64,000 nucleotides of DNA from Azolla caroliniana (lineage: Eukaryota; Plantae; Polypodiophyta), in the NCBI GenBank assembly GCA_043228905.1, contig JBHGNT010000021.1, positions 12,400,001 through 12,464,000 on the forward strand. Reading direction: 5' to 3'. The notes beneath the pieces were generated by a model. That model ran no database searches, was not told the DNA's origin, and saw only the letters and a list, made by a program, of their open reading frames with translations. Both the position numbers and the translations under genes were made by a program. Positions 59,223 to 64,000 of this stretch are shown here, piece after piece (the first letter of the stretch is position 1; every line of letters begins with the position of its first letter).

Positions 59223-59926
59223 AGGCTGGACCGGTTTTCTCCGTCCCAACTCAATTTGGCGCATGCCGGTGGATGCGCGGTTAGGTGGGGGTGGATGTCG
59301 TGAAGAAAACCGTCCACAAGCGAAATCGGTGCACCGGAGTGTAGGAACCGGCTCTTCATGCACGTACGCCTTATGTTGTACATAGAAGATCCTAGGTAGG
59401 TAGATTCGGTAGGTAGGAAGTTAATGGGAAACGGCTCCTTCCTTGCCTATAAAAGGAGGGAGACGAGGAGGGGGGAAGGATCACGGAATCAGAGAGGACG
59501 AAGTGATGTCGGGTTGTCGGTCGAAGGCTTCTCTCTCTTCCATACTCCATAGCTTCTCTTTGTGCAGGGTTTCGGGAGGCTCGCGCTGCTCTGAGGAATG
59601 CTCGAGTGCTTCCGGCAGCACCTCCAACCTACTCCTTTCATTCTGAGGGTTTACGAACAGGCATCGACATCTGTTCGCCGGCCTGTTCGATTGTAACCGA
59701 CTTCGTGCTTCTTGTTGTTTGTCTCTGTTAATATACACATACATACCTTCGTGTCTCTCTGTGTCGGTTTCCCGCTCACGTCTTCGTGTCGAAGGGCCGT
59801 GTCCCTGTGGATCTACGCTCGCACGTCGTGGGTCCCTTCCCTTCTCCTTACTCTCTCGCTCTTCGGTACAAGACCCCCGAGGTCCCGCCTCATTCCACGC
59901 ATCCACGAGGAATACCTCGACAGCGT

Positions 59927-60678
59927 GGAGCAACAAAAAGCAGCCAACACTGGCTCTATCCAGCACTGAGGCTGAATACCGGGGCGCGATCGTTGCCACC
60001 TGCGAAGCCATTTGGCTTCAGCGACTACTGCAAGACCTGCGGATCGAGGTACCGACCCCGATTCTGATCTACTGCGATAACCTCAGCAGCATGCAGCTCG
60101 CCAAGAACCCTGTGTTCCATGCTCGCACAAAGCACATAGAAGTGTATTATCACTTCGTGCGTGAGCGGGTCCTGAGCGGTGAAATTGAACTACGGTATGT
60201 TCACACGGATCGGCAAGTTGTCGACATCTTCACCAAGCCGCTCGGGTCGGACAAGTTGCAGCACTTTACCGAAATGCTTGGTGTTCAGCATCTCGACGTG
60301 CCGCACTTGAGGGGGAGACGCAAGGGCAAAGACACTACCGAAACGGGCAAAGGCAAAAACATTGTTGAACCCGTAGGTAAGAGAAGAACCGGTAGAGGTG
60401 GAGACAAGAAGAAAAATGAAGCTGAGTCGACGAAGGAAGTCGGCACATCCGAACAGGTCGGAATGAGCGGCTGTGAAGAAGAAGTGTACACTCAGGAAGA
60501 GAAGTGCATGCTATGCGAAGGTCATCACGATCGTAATGGCCATGATGCGGAGTCGAATGAAGAATTCGACTTTGGTGAACCGGCTGAAGAAGCCAAGGGA
60601 AGCACGGAGAAGGCCAAGACCCGGACGTGGTCTGATGTGCTGAGAGGCCTACAACCGAAAATCGAATCGGAGGATACC
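59927..60678 (+). pseudogene. Copia-3 RNase H with charged C-terminal extension
   Basis: WSNKKQPTLALSSTEAEY..CDNLSS..RTKHIEVYYHFVRE..DIFTKPL..LRGRR then about 120 more codons. Confidence 0.88.
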
Positions 60679-63600
60679 TGTCATGATATGGCAAGACTCG
60701 AACCCATGACCTTAGGTTATATGGGTCGAGCTCTTGACCATTAGATCATCTATTGTAATACGTAGGATATTATTTTCATTTACATTTTATTATAGGAAAT
60801 TAGTGTATATTCTAGATTTCTCTGGAACATTCTAGAAGCTTCAGGATTACTCCTAAAAACACTATAAAAGAGGGCACTAAGCATTATGTTGAACCAAATT
60901 GGTTCAACGCTAGTCTTAAGCCTTTTAGCCACCATTGTATATTCTCTTCATATAATACATATCTTTCTTATCATCACCCTCTCTCTCTCTCTCGATCTCT
61001 CTCTTTCTCTCCGTCTCGCTCACTTCTTCCTTCTCTCGAAGAAGTTCTACACCTCTCATAGTACTAATCCTTCGTTTAGTACTAATTCCTTCTCTGTCTC
61101 AGTACTGTTCCTGACAGTTTGAACCAATTTTCCCTACCTTCTGTCTCTCTCATTTCCTACTAATCTTTTATTCCTCTTTTCTTTCATCCCATGGCCATTG
61201 TTAGGGCTGAAGAATATCAATCTATTTTCTCGGAATTTCAATGCTTGAAGGAGAAGTTCCATGCTTTGCAACAAGAAAACCAACGGTTGTTAGGGGAACT
61301 TCAGCAAATCTCCTTAGAAAAGCAACAAACACAACAACAACATGGGGAACTTGCGTTACGCGTGCAACAACTCGAAGCAACCATCGTAGCGATGCAACAA
61401 CAAGGGCCCGGAACACAAGGGATTCATAAAGAACCCAAGATTGGCCTTCCCACGAAGTTCGATGGAACGCGATCGCAGTTTAGAGGGTTCCTTAACCAAG
61501 TACGACTAGTTATTCAAATACATCCTTCCCGATATCCCACTGATGCATCACGAGTGGGTTTAGTAGGCACTTTGTTAAGTGGCTCAGCGTTGTCCTGGTT
61601 CGCTCCACTATTAGAAAAGGAATCTCCGTTACTCAACAATTTTGAAGAGTTTCTAGGTGAGTTTAAAGCATGTTTCGGAGATACTGACAGCATCAGGACC
61701 GCAATCAACAAAATCCAGTGATTATGCCAAGGTGACCGTCCAGCCTCCGCATACGCTGCAGATTTTCGCCTACTCGCCGCCGATATCCCTTGGGATGATC
61801 AAGCATTGATGGAGCAATTCCGTTATGGTTTACGCAATGACGTCAAGGATTTACTCTTGACCTTCCCCGAAGAGCCAAAGTCCTTAACAGAAGCAATCAG
61901 TCGCGCGGTGAGATGTGACAACTACCTCTTTGAGCGGCGTTCAGAACGACAGCTACAGATGCCGAGGGCAAGATCAGAGCCCACCTACGCCTCAGTGGTA
62001 GCAAGACCTTTTCCGAGGGAGTCATATAATGTGCCTCCAGCGAATACTCCGACTCCGATGTAGATTGACACTACACGTCGTCGAGGGCCATTATCCAAAG
62101 AAGAAAAGCAACAACGTCGTACAAATCGACTATGTCTTTACTGCAGTGGACCAAGACATATTGCAATAAATTGCCCCCATAGGCCAAGAAGACAGGTAAA
62201 CCAAATAGTCGTTAGTTCTAATTGTACTAAACCCGAGCCTATTTCAGTAGGGATATCTGATAGTCCTAATAGTACTAATAGCCCAGATCTAGCGAACAGA
62301 TTTGATGTCCTTAGTCAGTTAGAAGAAGAGTTAAACGACTAAGTCCAGCCAAAATAGGAGTTGTTTGGTTGGACAGCCCTAGATATGTGTGGCCCATTAG
62401 TGGTTCCATTCCCTCTAAGCAAGTTAGTGATGTGTTTGTAGCCCAAGTAATAGTTAGTACTAAAAGTACCCCTCTAGTACATGTCCTAGCACTCCTAGAT
62501 TCCGGAGCTAACTCTTGCTTTATGGATAAGAAATTTGCTCAAGCTCATAAGATATCCCTAAGAAAACTCCAGTGTCCAGCCTCTGTAGTAGTCATTGATG
62601 GACGTCCCATTGCTTCCGGAAATATCATAGAAGAGTCAGAGCCCATTAATATTGTCCTAGATAACTTAGCATGTGTAGTATCATTTAATATTATTAGTAT
62701 CCCAGAACATCCCATAGTTTTAGGATTACCGTGGTTCGAGTTACATAACCCAGACATAGATTGGAGAACAAGAGAAATCCGGTGTCGACAAACCCAAGGG
62801 TCAACTCAGAAGATGCAACCATTTTGCTACGTCAGTTGCGTAAAGAAGGGCACAAGGAGGAAATGTTCCTCTTTGCAATATCAGTAAACCCCTCCAGCAC
62901 CACTAAAGAAGAATCCACTGTTCAACTTCCCGAGAAGTATCGTCATTACACCGATGTGTTCGATAAAGTACAAGCCAACACACTTCCTCATCATCGACTG
63001 TACGATTGTCCCATCGATTTACAACCGGGAAAAGAGCCACCATGGGGACCGATCTACAATTTGTCACCAACCAAGCTGGAAGTCCTTCGGGCCTATATAG
63101 AGGAGAATTTGGAAAATGGTTTCATCCGGCATTCGAAATCTCCAGCGGGCGCGCCCATTTTCTTCGTCAAGAAAAAGGATGGATCGCTTCGTCTCGTTGT
63201 AGATTACCGTGGCCTGAATAAGGTTACAATCAGGAATAGGTATGCTCTTCCCCTTATCTCAAGTCTTTTAGAACGGATCAATGGTGCCAGGTTCTTCACC
63301 AAGATTGACTTACGGGGAGCATATAACCTCATACGGATCCGACCAGGAGACGAATGGAAGACCGTGTTTCGCACCAGATATGGGCACTTCGAGTATACGG
63401 TCATGCCGTTCAGCCTCACTAATGCACCGGCAGTCTTCCAGCACATGGCTAATGATATATTCCGAGATCTTTTGGATGATTGTTTGATCATCTATTTGGA
63501 TGATCTACTGGTTTATTCAAAGACCCAAAAAGAACATGATTCTCATGTACTATTAGTACTAAAACGACTTCGAGAACATGGTCTGTATGCAAAGCTGGAA

Positions 63601-64000
63601 AAATGTAGTTTCGGATGCAACCAAGTGGAATTTCTCGGCTACATCATTTCGTCAGAAGGCATCTCCATGGACCCAGCAAAGGTCAAAACAGTGGTAGAAT
63701 GGCAGACTCCGCGTTCGGTGCGGGATGTGCAATGCTTCCTAGGCTTTGCCAATTTTTACCGGAAGTTCATACAAGATTACTCAAAGATCATTCTACCTCT
63801 CACACAACTTACCAGGAAGGGACAACCATTCATCTGGTCTGAAGAAACGGATGTGGCTTTCGAGAGTCTTAAAAAGGCATCTCCAATTCTAGCTCATGTC
63901 GATCCGGAAAAACCATTCATTATCGAAGCTGACGCATCGGATTTTGCATTGGGGAGCATTCTGTCACAACAGGGGAATGATGAGAAGCTACATCCTGTGG
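60679..64000 (+). mobile_element. Chromovirus-2 (same family as chromovirus-1), decayed, truncated by the window end
   Basis: 5' LTR 60679-61116 (TGTCA..TGACA); gag 61191-62342 with stops at 61719 and 62061; pol from about 62330 with a frameshift near 62815; RT YLDD and start of RNase H. Confidence 0.94.

Larger units (their letters stand above)
52972..59922 (+). mobile_element. Ty3/Gypsy 'Gypsy-C' (4-bp TSD group), full length
   Basis: 627-bp LTRs 52972-53598 and 59296-59922; TSD gcgt/gcgt; tRNA-Trp PBS from 53602; PPT ggttaggtgggggtgga. Confidence 0.96.
30088..60678 (+). mobile_element. Ty1/Copia element 'Copia-3' (outermost host; pieces 30088-30635, 49132-52971, 59923-60678; 3' LTR outside window)
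   Basis: 5' LTR 30088-30538 (TGTTGA..TTTACA), iMet PBS 30539-30550; reading frames rejoin exactly after removing inserts (..agaaATGgac.., VAWS). Confidence 0.88.

Overview
Eukaryotic (land-plant, most likely non-seed plant such as a fern; inference from the retroelement content) genomic window. Positions 216-2304 hold three minus-strand exons of a DUF212 (acid phosphatase/vanadium haloperoxidase-related) gene. The rest is a nest of LTR retrotransposons up to four levels deep, most boundaries resolved by terminal TG..CA and target-site duplications (TSDs). It contains five Ty1/Copia elements or fragments plus a Copia solo LTR, and two Tcn1/Tf1-sushi-like chromoviruses, one with intact ORFs and near-identical LTRs. 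It also contains five insertions of an unusual non-chromovirus Ty3/Gypsy group: three autonomous-type copies, one solo LTR and one gag-only non-autonomous element with a 1067-aa ORF. All five Gypsy insertions have 4-bp TSDs centred on CG; the internal copies share a tRNA-Trp PBS and a pre-PPT hairpin, and the autonomous copies share a DHG protease motif, an FLDD RT motif and a GGAUUUU-type -1 frameshift site. The chromovirus shows a Tf1-type self-priming signature, a GUUAAAC -1 frameshift with hairpin, and a tRNA-like A/B-box module at the LTR tip. No rRNA, bona fide tRNA or CRISPR features were found.
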